64,000 nucleotides of DNA from Candidatus Berkelbacteria bacterium (GCA_026397175.1 JAPLVK010000015.1:4996-68995); one strand, 5' to 3'; positions 49,422 through 59,113 are shown, counted from the stretch's first letter. Made by a program: numbers and translations. Notes: generated by a model from the letters alone, not told the origin.

Positions 49422-49949
49422 TTAACAAAAAAAGTTATTTGATCTCAGTTGTTCTTTTATTCTTAAAAGTTCAGATTGCGATATGATTTTTTCATCCTTC
49501 AAATAATCTAAGATAAATATCGTGTCCCTAAATTCCGCTTTATCAAATATTTTGATACTTTGTCTCAAGGCCTCATTTTTTGCACGCTTTTCATCAGCTA
49601 CAAAAACCGCTTCTAGTTCCTTCGCTAAAACCATAGCCGAAATCTCGCCCCTACCCAAACATTTTAACTCTTCTAGCCGTGCAAATAATTTTAAACTTAT
49701 AATCTGTTCGGGCGATTTAATTGAGATTTTACCCATGTTAATAATTTCTGTCAGAACAGCTAGCTTTTCGGAAAGCTCTGGCTTAAGAATGAAATTCGAA
49801 CTTATTCCTTCTTGTAATTCTTCAAAAACCTCTCTTGTTGTGATCAGATTACAGGGCAACTTTAAAATTAAATTAGTTCTCTCAACCCGTGCAAAGTTGC
49901 TTAGGACGTTATTATCAAAAACAAGAGTTTCATTCTCGATATTTTTCAT
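49422..49949 (-). CDS. PIN-domain protein (DUF3368-like)
   Basis: VFDNNVL, V..E, LG.GE..A..LA, ADE..A; GGAG RBS before ATG 49949. Confidence 0.82.
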   Translation of the reverse strand: MKNIENETLVFDNNVLSNFARVERTNLILKLPCNLITTREVFEELQEGISSNFILKPELSEKLAVLTEIINMGKISIKSPEQIISLKLFARLEELKCLGRGEISAMVLAKELEAVFVADEKRAKNEALRQSIKIFDKAEFRDTIFILDYLKDEKIISQSELLRIKEQLRSNNFFC

Positions 49950-50706
49950 CTCCCGCCCTCCTAATCTCAGCAACCAAATCTTTCGTTTCTTCGTAGCTCT
50001 TACGCAATAACTCAGCGAGCTTATCTAAGGTTATCATTTCTGTGAAATAGGCGTTAAATGCGAGTTTCAAATATTCACTTGGTAATTTTAATTCGCCATG
50101 CTCGACCGTCTTTTGTGGTTCATATCCAAGTTTTAAAGACAGAAAATTTAACCTGCTAGTTTCTAACAATTTAATTTTATAATCTTTGTCGAAACCATAT
50201 TTTAAATTATTCAGTTGATAAATTGTAGCTTGCCAGCTAACATCAAATTCATTGCGTATTCTAACAAGCTCTTCGTCTGTTAACTTATTTGACTTATTGT
50301 CCAACACTTCTTTGATGTAGGTTTTTACCCCGTTCCCTGGCATTAAAAAGTTAGCGGCAAAACAATCCGCTAACTTTTCATAGGTTGGCTTGGAACCCCC
50401 ATTGAATTCGATCAGTAGCGGTTGGGTTTCTTTATCTCTTAAATGGTGGCAATACTCGTGAACTGCAGTGAAATTTTGGTGACCTATAGAGCGATTACTG
50501 TTTACTAAAATACTCGAAAGATTTTTTTCTCTGTCGTAAAAAAATACTCCCGAAAATTCTTCCGAATCAACTGGCATTTTAACAACAAATATTCCCTGTC
50601 CTTCAAGCAGGGCAAAAAGATTTTTGATTGGGGCGTCATCAAGCCCTAGCTCTTTCCTCTTTGATTCAGAGAGCTGCCTTGCTTCGTCCAAATAATTAAT
50701 TGCCAT
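49930..50706 (-). CDS. ImmA/IrrE-family metallopeptidase
   Basis: FT.VHEYCH (HExxH), E..AD.FAA.FLMP. Confidence 0.9.
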   Translation of the reverse strand: MAINYLDEARQLSESKRKELGLDDAPIKNLFALLEGQGIFVVKMPVDSEEFSGVFFYDREKNLSSILVNSNRSIGHQNFTAVHEYCHHLRDKETQPLLIEFNGGSKPTYEKLADCFAANFLMPGNGVKTYIKEVLDNKSNKLTDEELVRIRNEFDVSWQATIYQLNNLKYGFDKDYKIKLLETSRLNFLSLKLGYEPQKTVEHGELKLPSEYLKLAFNAYFTEMITLDKLAELLRKSYEETKDLVAEIRRAGDEKYRE

Positions 50707-51051
50707 TTATAACCTCTTCAAGGAATCAAAATCTTCACAGATTTTTTTAAATTCCAGTAAACTCTTTTTGCTTTGTTCCGACAATTTTTCGGTATTCCTA
50801 AAATGCATTACGGCCATCTCGAATTGGGGTATTTCGGAAAGTTTGCCTGAAATTATTTCGTTAGCTTCAATGCCATAGAGGTCGGCGAGACTAAATAGTT
50901 CGAAACTGTCAATTTTTCTCTTTCCCGATTCAATACCAATAATCGCCTGGCGAGTAAGTCCAAGCTCTTTAGCAACAAATTCTTGGCTAAAACCAAGCTT
51001 TTCGCGCAGATACTTAAGATTGCTTCCTATCTTTTCCAACAAAAGCTCCAT
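50707..51051 (-). CDS. XRE-family HTH regulator
   Basis: LRE..G.SQ..VA..LG.TRQAI..IE.G.R. Confidence 0.9.
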   Translation of the reverse strand: MELLLEKIGSNLKYLREKLGFSQEFVAKELGLTRQAIIGIESGKRKIDSFELFSLADLYGIEANEIISGKLSEIPQFEMAVMHFRNTEKLSEQSKKSLLEFKKICEDFDSLKRL

Positions 51052-51153
51052 ATCCCCTCCTTTTTAATAATCTCAGTGTAGTTTTATTATACACAAATGT
51101 CAATATTTATGTTAGATTATATTACAACCGAATAATTATTTTATTTTAAGAAG

Positions 51154-52908
51154 ATGAAATACTGGGCTAAAGATAGAGAAGGCAATATTTATGAAAAATG
51201 TATTAGATGTGATTCGAATTCCAAAAAACATTTTGCTCGAGGTAGGTGCCATAACTGCTATCATAAATGGTTGGCTGATAATAATCCAGAATATAAAGAA
51301 AAGCTTCGAATAAAAGATAGATTAAAAGATAAAAGAAGAAGGCAAACAGAAAAGTTTAAAATTAAAGAAAGAGAAAAGGATAGAGCTAAACGAGTTAAAA
51401 AGGCCTATGAAGGTGAGACTAGTCACAAAAAAGAGGTTGAGTTGCTGCAAACCAAATATCACGAAGCAAATCGAAAAATCGATGAAGAGTTAAAATATAT
51501 TGAGCAGCAATCAGTAGCAGAAAAAGAAGAGGTGCATGAGGCATATGAATACATTAAAAAACTTGAATCAAGGATAGGTTTTTATGACGCGCCAAAAATA
51601 AAGTGTCCTTTTTGCAATACTGATTTTTTGTTTGAGTGGCCAAGGAAGTCAAAACCCATGCGAAGTCATCTAACAAAAAGCAATTGCCCGAACTGTAATT
51701 TTAATCCTGTGAGAGATGGGCTATGCATGAGATGCAATCGGGTCATAATCAACATAAAAGACTTTACTACAACGAACAATTATCCAATTTGCAATGACTG
51801 TTTACATATTATAAATAATCCGAGTAGATTTTTAGGGTTTGCAATTAAGGATTTCCATAATTACTGTGTAAAATGTGGAGCTAGATTAAGTTATAGAGTA
51901 GAGGAGCCTTCTTTGTGTTGGAATTGTAATGATCTATACAACGAAAAAGGGAAGGACCCGTATGAGTGTGACAAAGAATGGGTAGAAATAGAAACCGATG
52001 ATTCGGGCGGTGAATATCGGTTTGAAAGGCTTCCAATGTTAGAAGCTCCTTATACAGCAATTAAATATTTTTCTCAGCCGGGTTCTCCCAAGGATCACGA
52101 ATTTATTTTGAATTTAAAACATGAATTATCTTTAAGTTTAAAAATAGAGGATTTAGGAAATCCTTTAGGTTATCTGATGTATAAATCAACTATGTTCACA
52201 AGCAAAAATAAAGAGAAGATTTTAAATCGCATGAATCAGAAAATTGTAAAATGGGAGATAGAGAATGGTAGAAAAACTCTAGATTATTTTGGTAATGATT
52301 TGCAAACAACTCAAATATTTTCAGGAAATATCTCAAGACAAGAATACAGAGAATATAAATCGTCGATTATCGCAAGGTATAATCCCCGCAACTTGGGTTC
52401 AGACGATTCTCTGTCGAAAAAATTGACTGACGATGAAGTTGTCTCGATCAATATTGAAGGATTATCATTTTATAATTTACAACCTACGTTTCGGAAATTC
52501 CTAAATAGTTTAATTAGAGAAAGTGAAAATGAGATTAGGTTTGAAGTGGGCGTGCCTGCTATCGGCGAAGGTTGGGTTTCTGAAACAGAATTATTTCATA
52601 AAATTAAAGAAATTTGCGAGCAAGGTGGGTTAGATGCGATACACCACGCAAGACCAGAATGGCTTGGAATACAGCATCTGGATATATTTATTCCCAAGTT
52701 AAATATTGCAATCGAATATCAAGGAAAGCAACATAGTGAGCCAGTTGATTTCTTTGGTGGTGAAGAAGCTCACCTAAAAACTCTTGAAAGAGATAAAAAG
52801 AAAAAAGAACTTTGTGACCAGAATAACATTGAACTTAATTATGTTAATGAGGGTGATGATATAGAACTGTTGATTAAGGATTTACACGATCGTATTGTCC
52901 TTAAGTAG
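51154..52908 (+). CDS. Multi-zinc-finger protein with C-terminal restriction-endonuclease-like (DUF559/PD-(D/E)XK) domain
   Basis: Eight CxxC pairs; WVSETEL...LDIFIP.LNIAIEYQG.QH...RD..K. Confidence 0.7.
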   Translation: MKYWAKDREGNIYEKCIRCDSNSKKHFARGRCHNCYHKWLADNNPEYKEKLRIKDRLKDKRRRQTEKFKIKEREKDRAKRVKKAYEGETSHKKEVELLQTKYHEANRKIDEELKYIEQQSVAEKEEVHEAYEYIKKLESRIGFYDAPKIKCPFCNTDFLFEWPRKSKPMRSHLTKSNCPNCNFNPVRDGLCMRCNRVIINIKDFTTTNNYPICNDCLHIINNPSRFLGFAIKDFHNYCVKCGARLSYRVEEPSLCWNCNDLYNEKGKDPYECDKEWVEIETDDSGGEYRFERLPMLEAPYTAIKYFSQPGSPKDHEFILNLKHELSLSLKIEDLGNPLGYLMYKSTMFTSKNKEKILNRMNQKIVKWEIENGRKTLDYFGNDLQTTQIFSGNISRQEYREYKSSIIARYNPRNLGSDDSLSKKLTDDEVVSINIEGLSFYNLQPTFRKFLNSLIRESENEIRFEVGVPAIGEGWVSETELFHKIKEICEQGGLDAIHHARPEWLGIQHLDIFIPKLNIAIEYQGKQHSEPVDFFGGEEAHLKTLERDKKKKELCDQNNIELNYVNEGDDIELLIKDLHDRIVLK

Positions 52909-52995
52909 TCCATCTACCCCTTATCCGTCTTGACAGTCAGGGATGTATCTATCAACATTGAATCTGATCTATTTAATAATGTGATAGGAGAAAAA

Positions 52996-53160
52996 ATGTA
53001 TCAGAAGGAATGTAAGTATTTTTACGAAAAAGAAGTTCGGACGCGCGAGATAGGGATGGTCAGGGGTTTCGCACTCGAACTCGTTCCAGTGTGTGAAAAA
53101 GTCGATGCATTCGAAAAACAACTACTTGAATGCGAAGATTGCGAGTTATATGAAGAATAA
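52996..53160 (+). CDS. Small Cys-containing hypothetical protein
   Basis: AGGAG RBS before ATG 52996; CEDC motif. Confidence 0.45.
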   Translation: MYQKECKYFYEKEVRTREIGMVRGFALELVPVCEKVDAFEKQLLECEDCELYEE

Positions 53161-53464
53161 CGAACCAAATAAAAGACATGAAAAAATGAAAAGATGTTTA
53201 AATGTTATTTCGGTAATACTCTTGGGCTTACTGTATTTATTTTGTGGATATATAATATTGTCTCTCATTGGCGACAAAAAACCGATTCTGAATTACTACG
53301 AATTGATTTTTGTCATTCTTGCTCTTGGCATTATGTTTGTCGTAAGTATGGTTTTAAATTTCATGAGTGACAACCCATCGTCCGTGAATATCAATTTTTT
53401 TAAATTGTTTGGAGTAAAGTTTGACTACAAAGACAGGGGTCAAAATATCGAAAATAGCAAATGA
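53150..53464 (+). CDS. Small 2-TM membrane protein
   Basis: Two hydrophobic helices; start uncertain. Confidence 0.5.
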   Translation: MKNNEPNKRHEKMKRCLNVISVILLGLLYLFCGYIILSLIGDKKPILNYYELIFVILALGIMFVVSMVLNFMSDNPSSVNINFFKLFGVKFDYKDRGQNIENSK

Positions 53465-53531
53465 GCTTTTGGGCCTGAAGAGGCCATTCCCCAAATTATT
53501 TCAAAAAAATTCCGCCCAAAAAGCGGGTCGG

Positions 53532-53658
53532 GAATTCCTCCCCCCAACCCCCTCCTTCCCGACCCAAAGGAAATTTGAAAAACAGAGAGCGAGTGTCGCG
53601 CAAAGCGCGACACGAGCATTACTAAAAATTCTTTTCAAAATAAATTCGAGCTTCATTC
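53532..53658 (+). repeat. Repeat B2' (127 bp)
   Basis: Inverted copy of 49288-49414. Confidence 0.92.
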
Positions 53659-53765
53659 GGAGCTTCGGGTGGCCTTCGGCCACCAAAATAATCAACGAAG
53701 GGTGCGACCCGAAGTTTTCCGAAGGTAACCCAAAGCTTTAGCGGAGGGTTTAACGAAGGGTTGCG

Positions 53766-54008
53766 ATGTATTATGTTTATTTGCTCGAGCTTAAAGACCA
53801 GACTATTTATACCGGATCAACACCCGATATTAAGAACAGAATAAAAGAACATAATGACGGCAAATGCATATTTACAAGAGACCATAGACCGTTAAAATTG
53901 ATCTGGTACTGTGCTTTTCCTAACCGGCTAGCGGCAAGAAAATTTGAAAATTACTTAAAGAAAGGTTCGGGGCAGGCATTCAGAAATAAGCATTTAATTG
54001 ACGCGTGA
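53766..54008 (+). CDS. GIY-YIG nuclease (short, free-standing)
   Basis: YYVYLL...IYTGST..R..EHN.G...T...RP..L...E.YLK.GSG. Confidence 0.9.
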   Translation: MYYVYLLELKDQTIYTGSTPDIKNRIKEHNDGKCIFTRDHRPLKLIWYCAFPNRLAARKFENYLKKGSGQAFRNKHLIDA

Positions 54009-54069
54009 CCAAATCCCTGCCTGCCGGCAGGCAGGCTCCCGCTTCCTTATCACTCAAGATCGGGCTTGT

Positions 54070-54129
54070 CCTGTTACAGACCAAAAGCATAGTGTCTTTT
54101 AACGGGGGTAAAAGTGTAGCGTCCCCTAT
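54070..54129 (+). repeat. 60-bp repeat containing the RAYT-associated motif; inverted partner at 57787-57846
   Basis: 4 mismatches between copies; contains GGGTAAAAGTGTAGCGTCCCC. Confidence 0.88.
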
Positions 54130-54221
54130 GGTTTAACTAACCGCCCCGCCTCTTCCATACCTGTTATTGTGGTGCTATAATTAAATTAATAACCAGCTGA
54201 TATAAACTTATTTATAATTAA

Positions 54222-54842
54222 ATGAAAGAAGAGCTAAAAGATATAAAGAACAATATTGAGATTATGAATCTCATTAAGTATTGCCAAGGTTATATAAAGC
54301 TCGTCAATCCCTCATTCAACAGATTCAGAATAAATACTGACCCTATTGAAGAAAAGTATCTAAGTACCGATATTTTATATCAAGACAGCGACGAGGAAGA
54401 TGAATTTGAAATAAATCTGAAAGAGTTTTATGAGAATGACCCTAAAAACGTTCCAGAAGAAGCCAAAGAAGAATACGGAAAGCAGAAAGAACTCGCACAA
54501 CAGCTCGAGCAGATAAAGAATCGTTTTAATATAAGTGAGTATACAAAGCAGGTCAACCTTAATTTCGGATATTTTAAGGTAGAGGTGCCCGAGCCGGAAA
54601 TCGATGAATTCTCTGAGGATGATACCGAAGAAGATAAGCCCAAAAAGAAAAAATCTGACATCTATCCATTGTTCTCTTTACCAATTAAAGTTATAGCCGA
54701 CAGGCAATTTTCAATAAAGTTGAAGGATGTGAACATTATTCCAAACATCGGTTTCTTATTCGATGTTCTTGGTGAAGAAAAATTTTATGAATTTGCCGAC
54801 TTCATAAACAAACAAGAGATTGAAGGAGCTCTGAGGTTTTAG
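54222..54842 (+). pseudogene. Probable truncated N-terminus of a larger protein (possibly helicase/AAA-type)
   Basis: Acidic ORF with YPLFSLPI motif that stops at the repeat; family assignment is a guess. Confidence 0.4.
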
Positions 54843-54851
54843 GGGGTTTTA

Positions 54852-55601
54852 GGGGACGCTACACTTTTACCCTGATGATTGGAGATAACAGCATTTTTGT
54901 GTTACTATTAGCACATGTCTCGTCAACCAAGATTTTTACCACCGGATAATTATTATCACATTATGAATCGCGGTAATAATGGACAGCTAATCTTTACTTG
55001 CGATGACGATTATCAGTATTATTTGGAAAAACTTTCCGATCTAAAGGTCGAGCATCTCTTCGACTTAATCCACTATTGCTTGATGGGTACACACACGCAC
55101 ATGCTGGTTAAAATATCCAAGCAAACCGACTTCTCAATATTTTCCAAACGATTAAACTTGAGTTATGCCAACTACTACAAAAAAGAATATGGCTTGATTG
55201 GTCATCTTTGGCAAGGTAGGTACAAAAGCCAGCTAATCAGTAGTGATGCGTATTTTATGCAATGCGGCAAATATATTGAGCTGAATCCTTTGAGGGCCGG
55301 AATTGTTCAGAAACCAGGGGACTACAAATTTTCCAGCTACAATCACTATGCTTTTTCAAAAAATAATTCACTGATTACTGATGACATATTTTACAAAGAG
55401 CTTGGCCCCAATGAAGAAGAAAGGGGAAGGATGTATAGAGACCTAACCATTTCTGAAATAATTGCCGATACTATGAATGGGAGGAAAATAGCGATAGGTA
55501 CAAGCAAATTCGTGTATAATACAAACAAGAAGAATAAATATCATATTAAGAACAAGAACTCTGCTTATCGCTAAAGATCAGGGTAAAAGTGTAGCGTCCC
55601 C
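54852..55601 (+). mobile_element. RAYT locus bounded by perfect 25-bp inverted repeats
   Basis: GGGGACGCTACACTTTTACCCTGAT (54852-54876) and its reverse complement (55577-55601). Confidence 0.85.
54915..55574 (+). CDS. REP-associated tyrosine (Y1 HUH) transposase
   Basis: YHIMNRGNN, LM.THTH (HUH), GHLWQGRYKS, YI..NP.RAG, SS. Confidence 0.92.
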   Translation: MSRQPRFLPPDNYYHIMNRGNNGQLIFTCDDDYQYYLEKLSDLKVEHLFDLIHYCLMGTHTHMLVKISKQTDFSIFSKRLNLSYANYYKKEYGLIGHLWQGRYKSQLISSDAYFMQCGKYIELNPLRAGIVQKPGDYKFSSYNHYAFSKNNSLITDDIFYKELGPNEEERGRMYRDLTISEIIADTMNGRKIAIGTSKFVYNTNKKNKYHIKNKNSAYR

Positions 55602-55687
55602 GATTCTCATAGCGTCCCCGATTCTCAACAAACAAACACTAATTTTGATAAAATAAAAAAGTAATTATAAATTATAAAGGAGGATCG

Positions 55688-55822
55688 ATGGCTCTAAAAA
55701 AGATTGCGAAAAAAACTGCGTCTTCTATCGGCAATACCACGAAAAAGGGTGTCAAAGACATTGGCAAAGCCGTCCGCAAAGGCATCAAAGACACGAAGAA
55801 AACCATCAAAAAAACTCTTTAA
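55688..55822 (+). CDS. 44-aa Lys-rich small protein (not in ORF track)
   Basis: AAAGGAGG RBS; MALKKIAKKTASSIGNTTKKGVKDIGKAVRKGIKDTKKTIKKTL. Confidence 0.65.
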   Translation: MALKKIAKKTASSIGNTTKKGVKDIGKAVRKGIKDTKKTIKKTL

Positions 55823-56026
55823 CAAATAGCACTAACAACGAATTCTTTAAATAGGTTTTAGCTGTGGTATTTTGTTTCATTTTTACCCTCATAAGGAGTG
55901 GGAGGATCTACGGGGTAGGGGACGCTTTAAACTCCACCTGCCGGGTGGAGTTTTGGTGAATACGGGGATGGGATCATTGAATTTTGCTTCAGTTAAGAGT
56001 AGTTTATTATAGAGGTAAAAATTAAT

Positions 56027-56659
56027 ATGCAAAATTTATTTTTAACATCATCTATCCAAACAGTTGCTAAGGATGTCGCAAAGCGTCTTGACAAATCGGT
56101 CAAGAAATTTTTGTTTATTATTACTGCGTCCGAAGTTGAAACGGGCGACAAGGAGTGGCTCCGTCTTGATAGACAGGGTGTAGTTGATGCCGGATATAAT
56201 GTGGAAGATTATTCTATTTCCGGTAAAACCCTCGCGCAGATTGTCGGTAAATTAGCCGAAGTCGATGGTGTTGTAATGGCAGGTGGGAATACATTTTATC
56301 TTTTGCAGGAACTTCAGCAAACCAAGAGTATGAATTTATTTAGAAAATTTGTTTCTGATGGCAAGGTTTATATCGGATCATCTGCCGGCTCCATTGTTGC
56401 CGGGCCGGATATCTATCCGGTTAGACGGCTCGACAAAATAAGCCGAGCCCCAAAGTTAAAAGGATACAAAGGATTAACGCTCACGGATGTCGTCATATTT
56501 CCACACTGGGGATCGGATCATTTTCAGGATGCCTATCTGAGACAGCGAATGCATGACAACTATAATCTCGATCACAAATTAGTTTTGCTTACCGACAATC
56601 AATATCTCATCGTCGACGGCAAGAATCTGCAGTTTGTGGACGTGGAGAAGGACGAATAG
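56027..56659 (+). CDS. Peptidase S51 (peptidase E) family
   Basis: GGNTFYLL, YIGSSAGS, PH motifs. Confidence 0.88.
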   Translation: MQNLFLTSSIQTVAKDVAKRLDKSVKKFLFIITASEVETGDKEWLRLDRQGVVDAGYNVEDYSISGKTLAQIVGKLAEVDGVVMAGGNTFYLLQELQQTKSMNLFRKFVSDGKVYIGSSAGSIVAGPDIYPVRRLDKISRAPKLKGYKGLTLTDVVIFPHWGSDHFQDAYLRQRMHDNYNLDHKLVLLTDNQYLIVDGKNLQFVDVEKDE

Positions 56660-57208
56660 ATGGCAATAAAAATCATATATTTTGTACATGGCACCACAAC
56701 GGATAATGAGCAGGAGATATCTTCAGGCTGGAAAGATGTTGAACTCTCCGACCTTGGAGTCAAGCAATCCATAGAATTAAAAGACAAGGTTGATATAAGC
56801 AGGTTCGATGTGGTTTTTTGCTCGGATCTAAAGCGCGCTATGCATTCGGCAGAATTAACTTTTGACGGAACCGTGCCGATAAAACCGGATGCGCGACTTC
56901 GTGAATGTAGCTACGGCGATTACAACGGTAAATCATCTGAAATTGTTGAGCCAATTCAGGAAGAACATATTGACAAACCGTTTTCAAATGGCGAAAGTTA
57001 CGAGGATGTAAAGAAAAGAATTTCGGATTTTTTGGATGATTTAAAGAAAAACTATGATGGAAAGCATATTGCCATCGTTGCTCACAAAGCTCCGCAGTTA
57101 GCACTCAATGTTCTGTTAAAAAATATGACTTGGAATGAGGCTTTTGCCAACGACTGGCGAAAAACTAAATCCTGGCAGCCGGGGTGGAAATATGAAATAC
57201 CTAGTTAA
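56660..57208 (+). CDS. Histidine phosphatase family protein
   Basis: HG.T..N, SDL.RA, LRE..YG, NGES, VAH. Confidence 0.85.
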   Translation: MAIKIIYFVHGTTTDNEQEISSGWKDVELSDLGVKQSIELKDKVDISRFDVVFCSDLKRAMHSAELTFDGTVPIKPDARLRECSYGDYNGKSSEIVEPIQEEHIDKPFSNGESYEDVKKRISDFLDDLKKNYDGKHIAIVAHKAPQLALNVLLKNMTWNEAFANDWRKTKSWQPGWKYEIPS

Positions 57209-57776
57209 GATTGATCGAATAATGGCATGGGTGCTTTTCGCATCGATGCTTCTTTATTTTATTTCCGGCTATGGAATGACCAAGGGGATCATCGATCAGA
57301 ACTTTGCAGCCAAGCTTCATCTTTCATATTTGACCTATATTATTTTAGTTGCATTTGTTTTTCACAGCGCTTACGCGATTCGCCTGGCACTGATTCGCTG
57401 GAAGATGTGGAATGGGATAGGAAAACTTTTGTGGGCGATGTTTTATATTTTCTTCGTTGTCGGATTTGTATATGTAGATAAGGTTTTTGAGAAATCTTCT
57501 CCGGTTCAAAGTCCAACATCTATTGGCAACAATTCAGCGGCGACTACTAGCTTGGTTAAAACTTTTACGATTGTCGAGCTTAGCAAGTATAATGGCCAAA
57601 ACGGTAACCCTGCTTATGTCGCTGTCGACGGAGGTGTTTACGATCTTACGGGAGTATTTCGAAACGGATCGCATTTCTCGCATTTTGCCGGAACCGAACT
57701 CACAAATGCTTTTTATTCTCAACATGCCAAAAGTTATCTCTCGAAATATCCGGTCGTAGGAATGCTAACGCGCTGA
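57192..57776 (+). CDS. Membrane protein with C-terminal cytochrome b5-like domain
   Basis: His-bearing TMs; EL.KYNG.NG.PAYVAV.G.VYDLT...H.AG. Confidence 0.8.
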   Translation: MKYLVKIDRIMAWVLFASMLLYFISGYGMTKGIIDQNFAAKLHLSYLTYIILVAFVFHSAYAIRLALIRWKMWNGIGKLLWAMFYIFFVVGFVYVDKVFEKSSPVQSPTSIGNNSAATTSLVKTFTIVELSKYNGQNGNPAYVAVDGGVYDLTGVFRNGSHFSHFAGTELTNAFYSQHAKSYLSKYPVVGMLTR

Positions 57777-57786
57777 TTTAAGGGGT

Positions 57787-57906
57787 ATAGGGGACGCTAC
57801 ACTTTTACCCCCATTAGAAGACACTATGCTTTCGGTCTCTAACAGGGATTGGAGATAACAGCATCTTTTTGTTATTATTGCTATACGCCTCGCCAACCTA
57901 CGATTT
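57787..57906 (+). repeat. RAYT-associated repeat plus degenerate copy of the RAYT leader and first codons
   Basis: 57787-57846 inverted to 54070-54129; 57847-57906 resembles 54877-54935. Confidence 0.8.
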
Positions 57907-57948
57907 AGCCCCAATAAGAAAGTACCCTTAAATCAATAAATATTTAAA

Positions 57949-58887
57949 ATGTTTGAGAAGATAGCGCAAATAATTCTTGGTCTGTTTAGTTTTTCACGGG
58001 GCACGCGGCTTTATAGCTCGCTCGAATTTTTTATTGCCGACATAATTAAAATTTTTCTGCTACTTACCATAATAATTTTTGTTGTTTCGATTATTCGATC
58101 ATATCTGCCCCCAGACAGAATCCGAAAATTCTTGGCAGGAAAAAACTCTATTTTTTCATCGGTTGTTGCCGCTTTGATCGGAATTATTACCCCGTTTTGT
58201 TCGTGTTCAGCGATTCCACTTTTTCTGGGCTTTATCGAAGCGGGAGTTCCTGTTGGCGCAACATTTTCTTTTCTGATTGCTTCGCCAATGGTTAATGAAG
58301 TAGCGCTCATTTTACTTTTATCAATGTTTGGCCTTAAAATCGCTCTTATTTATGCAGGGCTAGGGCTTCTAATTGCAATAATCTCCGGGCTTATTCTTGG
58401 TAAAATCGGTGCTGAAAAATGGATCATTAACATCGAGACCCGCGAACTGGCCCACAAAACCGGCCAAATGGCCTTTAAAATGCGTCTCATTTATGCCAAA
58501 AATTATACTGAAAATATAGTCAAGAATGTATGGATTTATATAGTCATTGGTGTTGGGATCGGTGCTGTAGTTCACGGTTATGTGCCAGTTGATTACCTAA
58601 GCTCAATTGCATCAAAAAACCATTGGTATGCGGTGCCGGCTGCAGTTTTGCTCGGAGTTCCTCTTTATTCAAATGCTGCCGGCATTATTCCTCTGATTAG
58701 TGTTTTAACCGAAAAGGGTGTGGCAATTGGAACAGTTCTGGCTTTTATGATGGCAGTTACAGGCCTATCATTTCCTGAATTTATGATTTTGAAAAAGGTT
58801 CTTCGCTGGCAGCTTTTGGCGATTTTTATCGCAATTGTTACAGTCGGCATTATTGCCGCCGGATATTTGTTCAATGCGATTATCTAG
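57949..58887 (+). CDS. DUF318/ArsP-type permease
   Basis: TPFCSCS.IP, FLIASPMVNE, GVPLYSN, LS.PE. Confidence 0.88.
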   Translation: MFEKIAQIILGLFSFSRGTRLYSSLEFFIADIIKIFLLLTIIIFVVSIIRSYLPPDRIRKFLAGKNSIFSSVVAALIGIITPFCSCSAIPLFLGFIEAGVPVGATFSFLIASPMVNEVALILLLSMFGLKIALIYAGLGLLIAIISGLILGKIGAEKWIINIETRELAHKTGQMAFKMRLIYAKNYTENIVKNVWIYIVIGVGIGAVVHGYVPVDYLSSIASKNHWYAVPAAVLLGVPLYSNAAGIIPLISVLTEKGVAIGTVLAFMMAVTGLSFPEFMILKKVLRWQLLAIFIAIVTVGIIAAGYLFNAII

Positions 58888-59113
58888 TTTTCTCTTGCAT
58901 AGTTATGCTTTGGTGCTAATATCTTTTGGAGAACTTGTACCTTAGATTAAAGAGGTGTTTTTGATGAGTGGCCAAAAACCGTTCTGGTCGAAGATTGCGG
59001 ACGCCATCAACGAGATCCACTATCGTTCTTTCACTTCGAAAGACGGTAAGTCGTATGCTCTAACCGGTTACTGGTCGCGTGCATCACGAGGGCACATCAA
59101 AAAGCTCTCGTTT

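Larger units (their letters stand above)
47620..53658. mobile_element. Serine-recombinase integrative element 2 at tRNA-Asp 3' end (right core not found)
   Basis: Same layout as element 1: A2' 47620-47711 / A2 49189-49280; B2 49288-49414 / B2' 53532-53658. Confidence 0.85.

Noticed and set aside
54141-54152. CCGCCCCGCC as the displaced attR core of element 2
   Set aside because: Only a partial match to AGAATTCCCCGCCA; could be chance.
54070-57846. CRISPR array
   Set aside because: Repeats alternate in orientation, are separated by gene-sized gaps, and no cas genes are present.
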